Shown here piece after piece: positions 9,701-16,445 of a stretch of DNA of 40,762 nucleotides (position 1 is the first letter of the stretch; each line of letters starts with the position of its first letter). Below the pieces are notes generated by a model, which saw nothing but the letters and a program-made list of their open reading frames with translations, had not been told where the DNA came from and ran no database searches. A program made the position numbers and the translations under genes. Location: IMG/VR virus record IMGVR_UViG_3300040971_000149, positions 1 through 40,762 of that record. The stretch is one strand, 5' to 3'. The stretch is from a virus. Its lineage: Duplodnaviria > Caudoviricetes.

Positions 9701-9931
9701 ATTCGCCAGCGCGAACACGCTGAATGCGGCGATGGCGTTGGTACGCATTGAGTCCAGCTGCTCGGAAATGGACCGGATGCCGCCCTTGGCCTTGGTCATG
9801 CCCTCGGCCACGGCGGTCCCGGAACGCTTCCCCTCGACGCCGAACTGGCGTAAGGAAGACTCCACGGACCCGATCTTGGCCTTGATGTCCGCGATGTCGC
9901 CCGTGATTCTGACCGCGAGGTTATTGCTCAT
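6728..9931 (-). CDS. Tail tape measure protein
   Basis: 1067 aa, Ala-rich helical; QFSQALGSGVLRGEEFNSIMEN motif; C-terminal ASAKGNVF...EAGPEAIMPL. Confidence 0.95.
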   Translation of the reverse strand: MSNNLAVRITGDIADIKAKIGSVESSLRQFGVEGKRSGTAVAEGMTKAKGGIRSISEQLDSMRTNAIAAFSVFALANRAQRIGQLADQIQGVNSRLLIAVGSQNAFNAAQERAYAVSAKTGTGYESTATLLSRLSQVGAGYGLTQERIATTTEVTARALQLSGAATAESTAVVRQFSQALGSGVLRGEEFNSIMENGPRLAKALADGLGLPIGKLRALAEQGLLTTDVVVAALESQAGVLEAQAENYKRTMGQAASHASDEFGRMVDAANQWTGAGQSVAATFDYVAEHMREMLGGVAVAAVGGLTVAMVRGGQAAVTWAAQTVAAQAAATASTIRLHQAVVAEAGAEVIAAERRLAALPAMFRSVAAEQALTAARANLTTATTALNTAQAQGSVVARGWTGVLRLMGGSIGIITTLLTAGATAWMIWGNKAEDAGDKAASATDRAVDALKRMRNAQAFGEDVLAPFREDVAAAEAARNAVVASKGDAWKVSRLWETDDMEIRDAENAVSQAYSRLQEAARLGRQKLEAGARTTGSALGAEILGKSFNQWLDKFRDRIDPIGGALKDLAAQAKEAGIAVDSAEYKAAEALIRESFKKKGSAAGESLDLDDYGKSALSSMQAQSQRELDILKARLAGEMSIAQRGFEANTIGLEAYYAERRRIITAESQAEIAAQEGIAAQAAAEKARLEALNPGGKRGAEQISDQIRQLDEKIAEAEGRAQVLRIQADTAVADLAADQAKAARERVDKAMSDAQAIIAATEQSLQSRVITGLETEASARAKLKSTIGEQARALESDLIPQIERLMLAASNPLARAELQAILDKIQEMNATARTQTWADGLKQGVQDYATTASDGFETAKDAATKSMQGIEDAAVNMLMGVKTSTTDVVNSIIADFARLAMQQSITQPLAGGLSSALDWLFNGGSAGASALTNVTSGLGIASAKGNVFNGGLDRYVNTVRNTPTYFDASGYRPFALGGVFAEAGPEAIMPLSRDSSGRLGVRASGAPNISVNIHESPGKGGQVEQSQGQDGSFTLDIFFDQIDTRLAANIAQGRGATARVLSQRSRLS

Positions 9932-10070
9932 GCATCCAGCCCTTTATCCTGTCCTTGTGTTCGTGTGCCTGGTCCTGGCCGGAAAGCTCGGACCCTGGTT
10001 CTTCGTCCCGGCCGCCGGGTTCGCCCTGGCCTACATCGTTTCCTTTCTGCGGTGGGCGCTTTCTTCCTAG
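9930..10070 (+). CDS. Small membrane protein (46 aa), antisense to the tail operon
   Basis: MHPALYPVLVFVCLVLAGKLGPWFFVPAAGFALAYIVSFLRWALSS; two hydrophobic segments; ATG overlaps the tape measure ATG head-to-head; no clear RBS. Confidence 0.5.
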   Translation: MHPALYPVLVFVCLVLAGKLGPWFFVPAAGFALAYIVSFLRWALSS

Positions 10071-10082
10071 AGGGGGTATCCC

Positions 10083-10226
10083 ATGCTCTTCCGCCTTGCC
10101 TTTCAGCTGCTCTGCTACGCCGGGGCCGTGGTCGTGGGGGCTTTTCTCTGCCAGTTTGTCGGGGCCTGGATCTTTCTGGCCCTTTTCGGGGCCGTGTTTC
10201 TGACCGCCTGGAAAGGGGTCATCTAG
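10083..10226 (+). CDS. Small membrane protein (47 aa), antisense to the tail operon
   Basis: Hand translation MLFRLAFQLLCYAGAVVVGAFLCQFVGAWIFLALFGAVFLTAWKGVI; AGAGGGGG RBS-like run upstream; below the ORF-track cutoff. Confidence 0.65.
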   Translation: MLFRLAFQLLCYAGAVVVGAFLCQFVGAWIFLALFGAVFLTAWKGVI

Positions 10227-10506
10227 CCCGCTCCCGATCGATCTTCAGTGCCTCTGCCTCCATGGCCCGGCAGTCCGCGAAGGTCTGCCGCCTGTCCTCC
10301 ACGCCCAGCATGTCCATCACCGTGGCCAGGGCCGGATAATCCAGACCCATGACCGTGCCGCTCATGCCTTCCACCCGCCACTGCGTGTTCATGGAGAGGA
10401 ACACCTCCAGGCTTTGTTCGCATTCCGGCCAGACCTCGTAGGGCTCAGGGTCCGGCATGATCAGGATCACGCCCATGGCCAGGGCGTCCGCCTTGGCCTG
10501 CTCCAT
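10219..10506 (-). CDS. Tail assembly chaperone second ORF (DUF1799-like; C-terminal part of frameshift product)
   Basis: VWPE...F..M.TQWR...GLDY.A...ME.EAL motif; frame is open through the slippery site. Confidence 0.85.
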   Translation of the reverse strand: MEQAKADALAMGVILIMPDPEPYEVWPECEQSLEVFLSMNTQWRVEGMSGTVMGLDYPALATVMDMLGVEDRRQTFADCRAMEAEALKIDRERAR

Positions 10507-10544
10507 GTCTCCGGGACCTTCCAGCAGATGCCGGACGGCCCCGG

Positions 10545-10901
10545 TCAGTTTTTTCTGCGGCCCTCGGGGCTGTGGGCCTCGTAAATCGCAGCGACGACGT
10601 CGGACGCGATAGGACATATCTGCAGGACTGCAGCAAGATTTTCCGGCGTGAACGGGATGGCCGCGCCTTCCGGATCCGTCACCCCCCTCCAGTCCATCAC
10701 CAGGTCACCGGCAATGGCGGCATCCGATTTCGGGAGCAGCGCCGACGAGTCTTTTTGCAGATGCAGGCTTTCCAACGTATCGCGCGAGAGGCGCGGGATC
10801 TGGACCTGGATTTCATAGGGGGCCGATGTGCCGTCTTCGGCCACCAGCGACCCTTTGACCGGATACCACAACGAATTAGACTGTCCGAGGATCAGAGGCA
10901 T
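10545..10901 (-). CDS. Tail assembly chaperone (G-like)
   Basis: Between tail tube and tape measure; DW.GV.D..G..IPFT.ENL motif; ends at slippery site. Confidence 0.85.
   Translation of the reverse strand: MPLILGQSNSLWYPVKGSLVAEDGTSAPYEIQVQIPRLSRDTLESLHLQKDSSALLPKSDAAIAGDLVMDWRGVTDPEGAAIPFTPENLAAVLQICPIASDVVAAIYEAHSPEGRRKN
10548..10554 (-). other. Programmed -1 frameshift site (A AAA AAC)
   Basis: Chaperone ends AGA AAA AAC TGA; the -1 frame reads KKLTGAV into the DUF1799-like ORF, as in lambda G/GT. Confidence 0.85.
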
Positions 10902-10924
10902 GGGAGGGCTCCTTTTTGCAAGCA

Positions 10925-10951
10925 AGGGCAGACACGCAGGTCTGCCCCTAC
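10925..10951 (-). repeat. GTAG-type REP-like palindrome
   Basis: Minus strand GTAGGGGCAGACCTGCGTGTCTGCCCT; 18 nt identical to 30506-30523. Confidence 0.65.
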
Positions 10952-10953
10952 GG

Positions 10954-11919
10954 TTATTTCACGATGATGAGCAGCTCGTCATTGCCGGACACGGGGCACA
11001 TCCGCATGTCCACGGACACGGCCATGCGGCCCTGGGCGTTCTCGTACTTGGGCCGTCCGAACTGCGCGGCCGGGGCGTAGAACTGCACGATCTTGCCCGC
11101 TCCGGTCCCGTGCTTGAAAGCCATGGTCTTGGTGGTCACGGTCTTGGCGTCCGTGAACATGGTCACCTCGCTGGCGGCTTCCAGGCGCATCTTGGCCGTG
11201 GCCTTGATTTCGCGCGCCGTTATATCCACCTCGGAAGAACCCAAGAGCGTCATGAACTCGGGCGATCCGCCCAGATCAAGCTCCATACTGATGCTGGGCA
11301 GCGTGGTTCCGCCGGTGACGGCCCCGGTCGCGTAGGTGCAGCCCGTCACGATGTCGCCGGTATTGACCGCCGCCACGGGCAGGGGCGCCTTCCAGGCGGT
11401 CAAGACCACGCCGGTCGGGTTGGCCGTGGCCTCCGGGTCGGCCTGCTCAATGCCCACGAACTTGAACTTGATGACCGGCTTGGCTCCGGGAGCGATGGAC
11501 ATGACCGCCGTGCCCCGCGCGCCCTTGACCCGGTGCGTCACCCCGTCAACCGCGTACAGAAACGAAATCGCCTCCTGGCTGTTGGTGATCGGGTTATAGA
11601 TCACGTACGACCCAGCCGTGACCGTTTCGGCCATGGCACAGGCGCGCAGCAGTTTGCCCCAGGCTGGGACGGTCCCGGCCGTGCCGGACCCGGCCAGCTC
11701 CACCGTGAATTCCAGGTTGACCGGGCTGTCGCCCATGAGCTGTTCGGCCGCGCCGAAATACGGCCGCAGCAGGTCGCGCTCCACGATTTTGTCGTCATAA
11801 CTGATGGTCGCGTCGCTGATCAGCAAGGCGTCCGTCGCGGCGGCCGGGGCCAAATACGTGCCCGCCGTGGTCTCTATCTTGGCCAGAATGACCATGTTGC
11901 GGAAATATCTACTCGCCAT
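10954..11919 (-). CDS. Major tail tube protein (non-contractile tail)
   Basis: ILAKIE...R.LLRPYFG...VELAGSGTAGT.P.WG.LL.AC pattern; no sheath gene in the window. Confidence 0.85.
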   Translation of the reverse strand: MASRYFRNMVILAKIETTAGTYLAPAAATDALLISDATISYDDKIVERDLLRPYFGAAEQLMGDSPVNLEFTVELAGSGTAGTVPAWGKLLRACAMAETVTAGSYVIYNPITNSQEAISFLYAVDGVTHRVKGARGTAVMSIAPGAKPVIKFKFVGIEQADPEATANPTGVVLTAWKAPLPVAAVNTGDIVTGCTYATGAVTGGTTLPSISMELDLGGSPEFMTLLGSSEVDITAREIKATAKMRLEAASEVTMFTDAKTVTTKTMAFKHGTGAGKIVQFYAPAAQFGRPKYENAQGRMAVSVDMRMCPVSGNDELLIIVK

Positions 11920-12070
11920 CTGTGTGTTCCTCCGTGGTCTCGGTCACCTGCTCCGGCTGCCCGGGCGCGTCCTCGGACCGGCGCAACCCGCCGGCATCAA
12001 GCACGTAACTGCCCCCGGTCTGGGGGAGGGGCGGCTCCATGGCGGCCGGGGTCGTTGTTTTCTTGCTCAT
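11909..12070 (-). CDS. Small hypothetical protein (53 aa)
   Basis: ATGA coupling; MSKKTTTP...GGSYV; lies just before the tube gene. Confidence 0.6.
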   Translation of the reverse strand: MSKKTTTPAAMEPPLPQTGGSYVLDAGGLRRSEDAPGQPEQVTETTEEHTDGE

Positions 12071-12498
12071 GATGTCCTCCGGATCTCCTGATCCAGGGTG
12101 AAAAGAATCTCGTAACCAAACACGCCTTTGCCAGACGCGACCGGCGCAATCTGGTCCCGGCCCTTGGTCAGCGGCGCATCCAAAATGGTCGCGCCGGTCA
12201 GGATGCCGAGCACGTCCTCGAACAATTCCAGGGCCGCCTGCTTCCGGTCCAGGGTGGCGCGGTAGCGCTTGGCCAGCGGGTACACGGCCCAGGTCCATTT
12301 CTCGGGCTGAACATGGGCGCCGAGCATCGCGTTCGGCCCAGACTGGCCACCCGCGTACACGACCCACACGGCCGCGTCCTGGAAGGCCAAGGCCTTGTCC
12401 TCATCCAGGCCCAGGGGCATTGACCCCACCTTGACCGTCGCCGCCAGCCCGGCCGAAAGCAGGGCGAGAATGGCGTCCTCGGCGGCTTGTCTGCTCAT
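12067..12498 (-). CDS. Tail terminator (Mu gp37-like)
   Basis: EDAILALL...AVWVVYAG pattern; position after the G-like gene; ATGA coupling. Confidence 0.7.
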   Translation of the reverse strand: MSRQAAEDAILALLSAGLAATVKVGSMPLGLDEDKALAFQDAAVWVVYAGGQSGPNAMLGAHVQPEKWTWAVYPLAKRYRATLDRKQAALELFEDVLGILTGATILDAPLTKGRDQIAPVASGKGVFGYEILFTLDQEIRRTS

Positions 12499-12968
12499 TG
12501 CAAATACCCCCACAAGGTGGCCCGGATCTCGGCCCAGTCCAGACTGTCATCATCCGGTAGAAACGGCCGGGCCGGTATGGTCACCGAGCTGCGCACGATG
12601 CCACCAAAGGCCAGGGCCTTTTTGGTCTTGGGCCGGATCACGCCGCCGAACTGGTGAATGGCGGCGTATGGCACATTGGTCTCCACCACGACTTCACGAG
12701 CCGAGGCGGCGATGGCGTTGACGCCGAGCGAAAGACGCAATGTGTTCTTGTCGATCAGCGTCTTGTCCCCCGTCTCCAACGCCCGGCGCGACGGCTTCCA
12801 GGCCACACCGGCCGGAGACTTCCCGGACTCGAACGCCTCATCGACCTGGTTGACCACAATCTCGCCGATAGTCTGCATGACCGGGGTCATGTCATCGAGC
12901 TTTGCGGACAGCCGTTGCAACAAATCCAACACCGGACGGGTGTCGATCTGAATGGTCACGCCAGACAT
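12495..12968 (-). CDS. Virion morphogenesis / tail completion protein (Mu G-like)
   Basis: SPAG.AW.P, TNVPYAAIHQFGG and IPARPFL motifs. Confidence 0.9.
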   Translation of the reverse strand: MSGVTIQIDTRPVLDLLQRLSAKLDDMTPVMQTIGEIVVNQVDEAFESGKSPAGVAWKPSRRALETGDKTLIDKNTLRLSLGVNAIAASAREVVVETNVPYAAIHQFGGVIRPKTKKALAFGGIVRSSVTIPARPFLPDDDSLDWAEIRATLWGYLQ

Positions 12969-13408
12969 CAGAACTTCTCCCACTTGCCAGCGGTGAAGAT
13001 ACGATCCGGCGCCGAGACCAACACCTCTCCAGTCTCAGGCTCCGCCGTCGCTCCGGCCTCCGGCCCCAATGCCACCCGACCGGCTGCGATACCGTCAAGC
13101 AGACGCTGACAGCGGACTGTCTCCCGCTGCCAGGCTTCCGGCTCATTCACTCCGTGCCGCCGCAAATAGAGGTTATGCACGGCCAGTTTGGTCGAGAGCC
13201 GGGCGATGATCGCCGGCACCGGCGAGAGGGGAACCTCCCGCACGGTGCCGACGTAGGTGTCGATTTCGCTGTCCGCCTGGCCGATGGCCTCTTCCAGCAC
13301 AGCCGTGACCACCGGATCCGCGACCGCCCCGGCGCCGTCATCATCGGCCAGCTGCAAAACCTCGTCAGCCGGCAGGATCTTCAGCAGATCAGCGATCGTG
13401 GAGTACAT
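12968..13408 (-). CDS. Head-tail adaptor (Mu gp36/DUF1320-like)
   Basis: MYST.ADL, AI..AD.EID.Y, VPL..VP, L..IA.G...LG motifs. Confidence 0.9.
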   Translation of the reverse strand: MYSTIADLLKILPADEVLQLADDDGAGAVADPVVTAVLEEAIGQADSEIDTYVGTVREVPLSPVPAIIARLSTKLAVHNLYLRRHGVNEPEAWQRETVRCQRLLDGIAAGRVALGPEAGATAEPETGEVLVSAPDRIFTAGKWEKF

Positions 13409-13410
13409 GG

Positions 13411-14388
13411 CTAGGAGACCACCACCGCGTCACACACGCCATCCATGTTCGGGATTGGCAAGGGCTTGCTTTCAGCCACCAGCTTGTAGCCGCTCGGGTC
13501 CTTCAGCTCGATGGGCTTCACGAAGAACGGCAGGGGCTGCAGGTTGGCGTCCAGATCGTCCAGGGCGCAGTAGGGCAGCGTGTGCCCGGCGTCCGTGGCG
13601 ATCATGCGCAGGGTTTTGAGGTCCAGGCAGGCCGTTGCCGTGCCGGTGGACGGGCTGCGGTAGGTCTCGGCGCGGCGCTTGACGAGGTACCCGCCAATGT
13701 CGGCGCCCCGTTCGGACAACTCCACGCGGATCTTGGCCGTGGATGTGCTGGCCTCGGCAATGGCGAAGATGGCCTCGTAGGCGGTCTTGCCGGCCCAGAT
13801 CTCTTTGACCGAGCCATAGCCCTTTTCTTCGAGCTTCTCTTCCATGGCCTGCAGCACAGAGAAGATGTCCTTGAGCTTGGCGTCGGCCACGCTGAAGAGC
13901 TTGGTCGGTGTCACGGACAGTGGGCTGCCGAATTCAATGGTCCACGTGTCGAACCCGCCGCCCTCGATCTGCACGGGCCAGCTCAGCGTGCCGGACAAGG
14001 ACACCGCGCACATGGCCTCCGTGGTCTTGTGGCAGGCACGGCGCAACATCTCGGTCCGACCCAGAGCCCAGGCTTCGCGGCCCTCATGCCCCATGACTTT
14101 CAGGTTGTTCAGATCCACACCGGTGACCATGGCCGACGGACGCACGGGCAACGGCTCATAGAAGGCCACCGATCCGTTGTTCGTGGCCATGGGTACGGAC
14201 GGCGCGCCCCGGCGGACCAGGGGCAGCTCGCGGGCCACGTCTTGCACCAGGTCCGCGCCGACGACGGGCAGGCCCTGCTGCGGGCGATACCCAAAAACGC
14301 TGTCCATGACCGGGGTCTTCAGGATCGGCAGCTGCTTAAGGCGGCGGATCAAGGATTCCACGGTGAACAGACTGGCTATGTTAAACAT
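13411..14388 (-). CDS. Major capsid protein (lambda E-like)
   Basis: 325 aa after the decoration gene; PLVRRG, TTEAMC, DPSG....ESKPLPIP motifs. Confidence 0.85.
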   Translation of the reverse strand: MFNIASLFTVESLIRRLKQLPILKTPVMDSVFGYRPQQGLPVVGADLVQDVARELPLVRRGAPSVPMATNNGSVAFYEPLPVRPSAMVTGVDLNNLKVMGHEGREAWALGRTEMLRRACHKTTEAMCAVSLSGTLSWPVQIEGGGFDTWTIEFGSPLSVTPTKLFSVADAKLKDIFSVLQAMEEKLEEKGYGSVKEIWAGKTAYEAIFAIAEASTSTAKIRVELSERGADIGGYLVKRRAETYRSPSTGTATACLDLKTLRMIATDAGHTLPYCALDDLDANLQPLPFFVKPIELKDPSGYKLVAESKPLPIPNMDGVCDAVVVS

Positions 14389-14399
14389 GAGAGGCCTCC

Positions 14400-14765
14400 T
14401 TATTCGGGGTAGATGGTCGCGGTGCGCAGGGCCGCGAGGTCGGTTGCGTCGGGCGCGGCCTGGGCCGTGATGCCGACTTTGAGATGCTGCAGCAGCACGG
14501 ACCCGTGGATGATGACCAGACCGGACGTGGCCTTGGTGGTATCCAGATCCTCATCCAGCACGGCCACGGGCGTATCCAGCGGGGCGGTGCCTTCGGGATC
14601 GTATTCCGCGTAGTCGCCGTCGGCTTCGCGGGCCAGAATCAACCCCAGGGGCAACGTGCCCTGATCGGCGGCAAAGGTTCCGGTCACGATGACCGGATGA
14701 TGTCCTGCTCCGCGTGCGCGGACATCGTCATAGGAAAAAGTTCCCAGTCTTCCATTGATGGGCAT
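14400..14765 (-). CDS. Head decoration protein (lambda D-like)
   Basis: G.IL, YDP...D.P.AVL, HG.V pattern; between protease and capsid. Confidence 0.8.
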   Translation of the reverse strand: MPINGRLGTFSYDDVRARGAGHHPVIVTGTFAADQGTLPLGLILAREADGDYAEYDPEGTAPLDTPVAVLDEDLDTTKATSGLVIIHGSVLLQHLKVGITAQAAPDATDLAALRTATIYPE

Positions 14766-14774
14766 GGCGTCCTC

Positions 14775-15179
14775 CTAGACGTGAGCGGTCAGGTTGCCGA
14801 AATCGACGGTCTTGTCCTGAGCCGGGGCTGCAAATTCATCGAACAGGCCGTGCTTGGGACGGCTGGCCATGAAGTCCCAAAAATGGGCCTCCAAATCCTT
14901 CTTGCCTTCGGACGCGCTGAAGCAGATCTCCTGCCCTCTGTCGCCCAGAGCTTTGGCGAATTCGACGACCTTGGGCTCATCCGTCGGCAACGCCTTGCCG
15001 GCCGCGACCAGGTCCTTGAACTTCGCGGTCCGGTCAGCCTTGCGCTGCGCTTCCTGTTGCGCGGAAAATTCCGAGCCGACGCGCTTGACCTCGGCCTCGG
15101 CCGTGGTGGCCCGCCCCTCGGCGACCTCGCGCAGCTTCTTTTCCTCTGCCAACTGCTTTTGCAGTTCTTCGACAGTCAT
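14775..15179 (-). CDS. Internal in-frame scaffold protein (Mu Z-like)
   Basis: AGGAGG RBS 5 nt before an internal ATG (MTVEELQKQL...). Confidence 0.7.
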   Translation of the reverse strand: MTVEELQKQLAEEKKLREVAEGRATTAEAEVKRVGSEFSAQQEAQRKADRTAKFKDLVAAGKALPTDEPKVVEFAKALGDRGQEICFSASEGKKDLEAHFWDFMASRPKHGLFDEFAAPAQDKTVDFGNLTAHV

Positions 15180-15590
15180 GGTGTCCTCCTGAAACTGGTA
15201 TTCGAAATGTTCGTTGTCGGCCGCGAACTGGACCGGCCCCAGCCCGGCAATGGCCGGAGGCACGGCTCCGAGCAGGGCAACGTGCCGCAAGCTCCCGTCC
15301 GCGAAAAACGATGCGGACTTCTGCTTGAAGTGTCCGGCGCCAACGATCTGGCGCACTGCGTCCGGGATCTGTTTGTACCTGGCCTGCAACGCGTCGCCGG
15401 ATCGGCGCAGCGCTTCCACCCAGCCGTAGGCCGGGGCGTTGTCCTTGGGGTGGCCAAAGCACAGCGGGACCTCCCGCTGGGAGGGGGCAAACTGGGTCAC
15501 GGCCCGGTCCAGGTCGGCCTTGGTGAACGTCCGTGTCCGGCCTTGGCTGTCCGTGTGCGTACCGGCGCGAAAGATGGTGTCCCAGGGCAT
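14775..15590 (-). CDS. Head maturation protease/scaffold (Mu I-like)
   Basis: W..IFRAGTH, P...GHP....PAYGWV, LRHVALLGA.PPA..GL motifs; coiled-coil C-half. Confidence 0.85.
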   Translation of the reverse strand: MPWDTIFRAGTHTDSQGRTRTFTKADLDRAVTQFAPSQREVPLCFGHPKDNAPAYGWVEALRRSGDALQARYKQIPDAVRQIVGAGHFKQKSASFFADGSLRHVALLGAVPPAIAGLGPVQFAADNEHFEYQFQEDTMTVEELQKQLAEEKKLREVAEGRATTAEAEVKRVGSEFSAQQEAQRKADRTAKFKDLVAAGKALPTDEPKVVEFAKALGDRGQEICFSASEGKKDLEAHFWDFMASRPKHGLFDEFAAPAQDKTVDFGNLTAHV

Positions 15591-15865
15591 TATTCCTCCA
15601 TGGCCTCTTTCAGTGCGCCGCCAGCCCGGAAACGCACGGCCTGGCGCTCGGGCACCTCGACCGGGCGACCGTCACGCGGGTTGCGCACAGTGCGAGCGGC
15701 AAGGCGTTTCACGGCCAGTTTGCCCAAGCCCGTGAGCGGCACGCTCTTGCCCTGGACCAGGGCCGGGATGGCCACCCCTGGCAAGGCGTCCAGGACCCGG
15801 CCGCACGCGGCCTGGCTCTCTCCGGACAGCTCCGCCAGCGCGGCGATCAGTTCCGATTTCTTCAT
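15590..15865 (-). CDS. HU/IHF-family DNA-binding protein
   Basis: MKKSELI...V.LTGLGK...R.AR..RNP.DG....VP....VRF..G..LK; GGAGG RBS. Confidence 0.92.
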   Translation of the reverse strand: MKKSELIAALAELSGESQAACGRVLDALPGVAIPALVQGKSVPLTGLGKLAVKRLAARTVRNPRDGRPVEVPERQAVRFRAGGALKEAMEE

Positions 15866-16106
15866 CGACCCTCCTTGCCCGCATGCGGGCCACCCTGTCG
15901 GCGGGTCATCGGTGGCATCCAACACGCCACCCTGACCGGCCGTATTTCGCGTTTTAGACTAGGTTTATACTAGTCTGAACGACCCGCCCCGACCCAGCGT
16001 CCACCCCGACCCCCTGAAACGCGACAGAAGGCGAATACGGGGCAAAACCGTTTTCACCTGGTCTGGGGAGGTGGATGGTTGGGTGCGGATCGTCGTCATG
16101 AGCGCG

Positions 16107-16155
16107 ACAATGCCGCGATTTGCGGGGGTTTGCAGAAGCAGGGGCGTTGTGTGCG
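16107..16155 (-). promoter_or_regulatory. Putative activator-dependent late promoter (head/tail operon)
   Basis: CGCACACAACGCCCC-N5-CTGCAA-N17-CATTGT; same architecture as 25662-25710. Confidence 0.7.
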
Positions 16156-16158
16156 GGC

Positions 16159-16184
16159 AAAAAAAAAGGCCCCGGAAAGGGGCC
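16159..16184 (-). terminator. Intrinsic terminator after MuF and the Cys-rich gene
   Basis: GGCCCC-TTTCC-GGGGCC-T9 on the minus strand. Confidence 0.85.
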
Positions 16185-16217
16185 TTCTGCAGTTGCGAGG
16201 AGGGATGTGAGCCGACC

Positions 16218-16445
16218 CTACGGCATGGGCTCGTCGAACGTGAACTCCGCGTCCGTGTCCACTGGGGCCGCCTCGAACAAGACGCCGTTGTCGCCGGGAT
16301 AGGGGGTGTCGTGACGCACCCGCAGCAGCGCGATGTCCTGCGGGATTCCGTCCGGGAAGGCCGCGCACCGCCAGCGCTCTCCGGCCCTGGCTTGGAAATG
16401 CGCGCACCGCAGGCAAGGCACGCACTTAATTCTTGATACGGACAT
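16218..16445 (-). CDS. Small Cys-rich protein, candidate immunity protein of the MuF toxin
   Basis: CxxCxH...CAAFPDGIP..I......H..P.PGDNG..FE; GGAGG RBS; overlaps the MuF stop. Confidence 0.75.
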   Translation of the reverse strand: MSVSRIKCVPCLRCAHFQARAGERWRCAAFPDGIPQDIALLRVRHDTPYPGDNGVLFEAAPVDTDAEFTFDEPMP

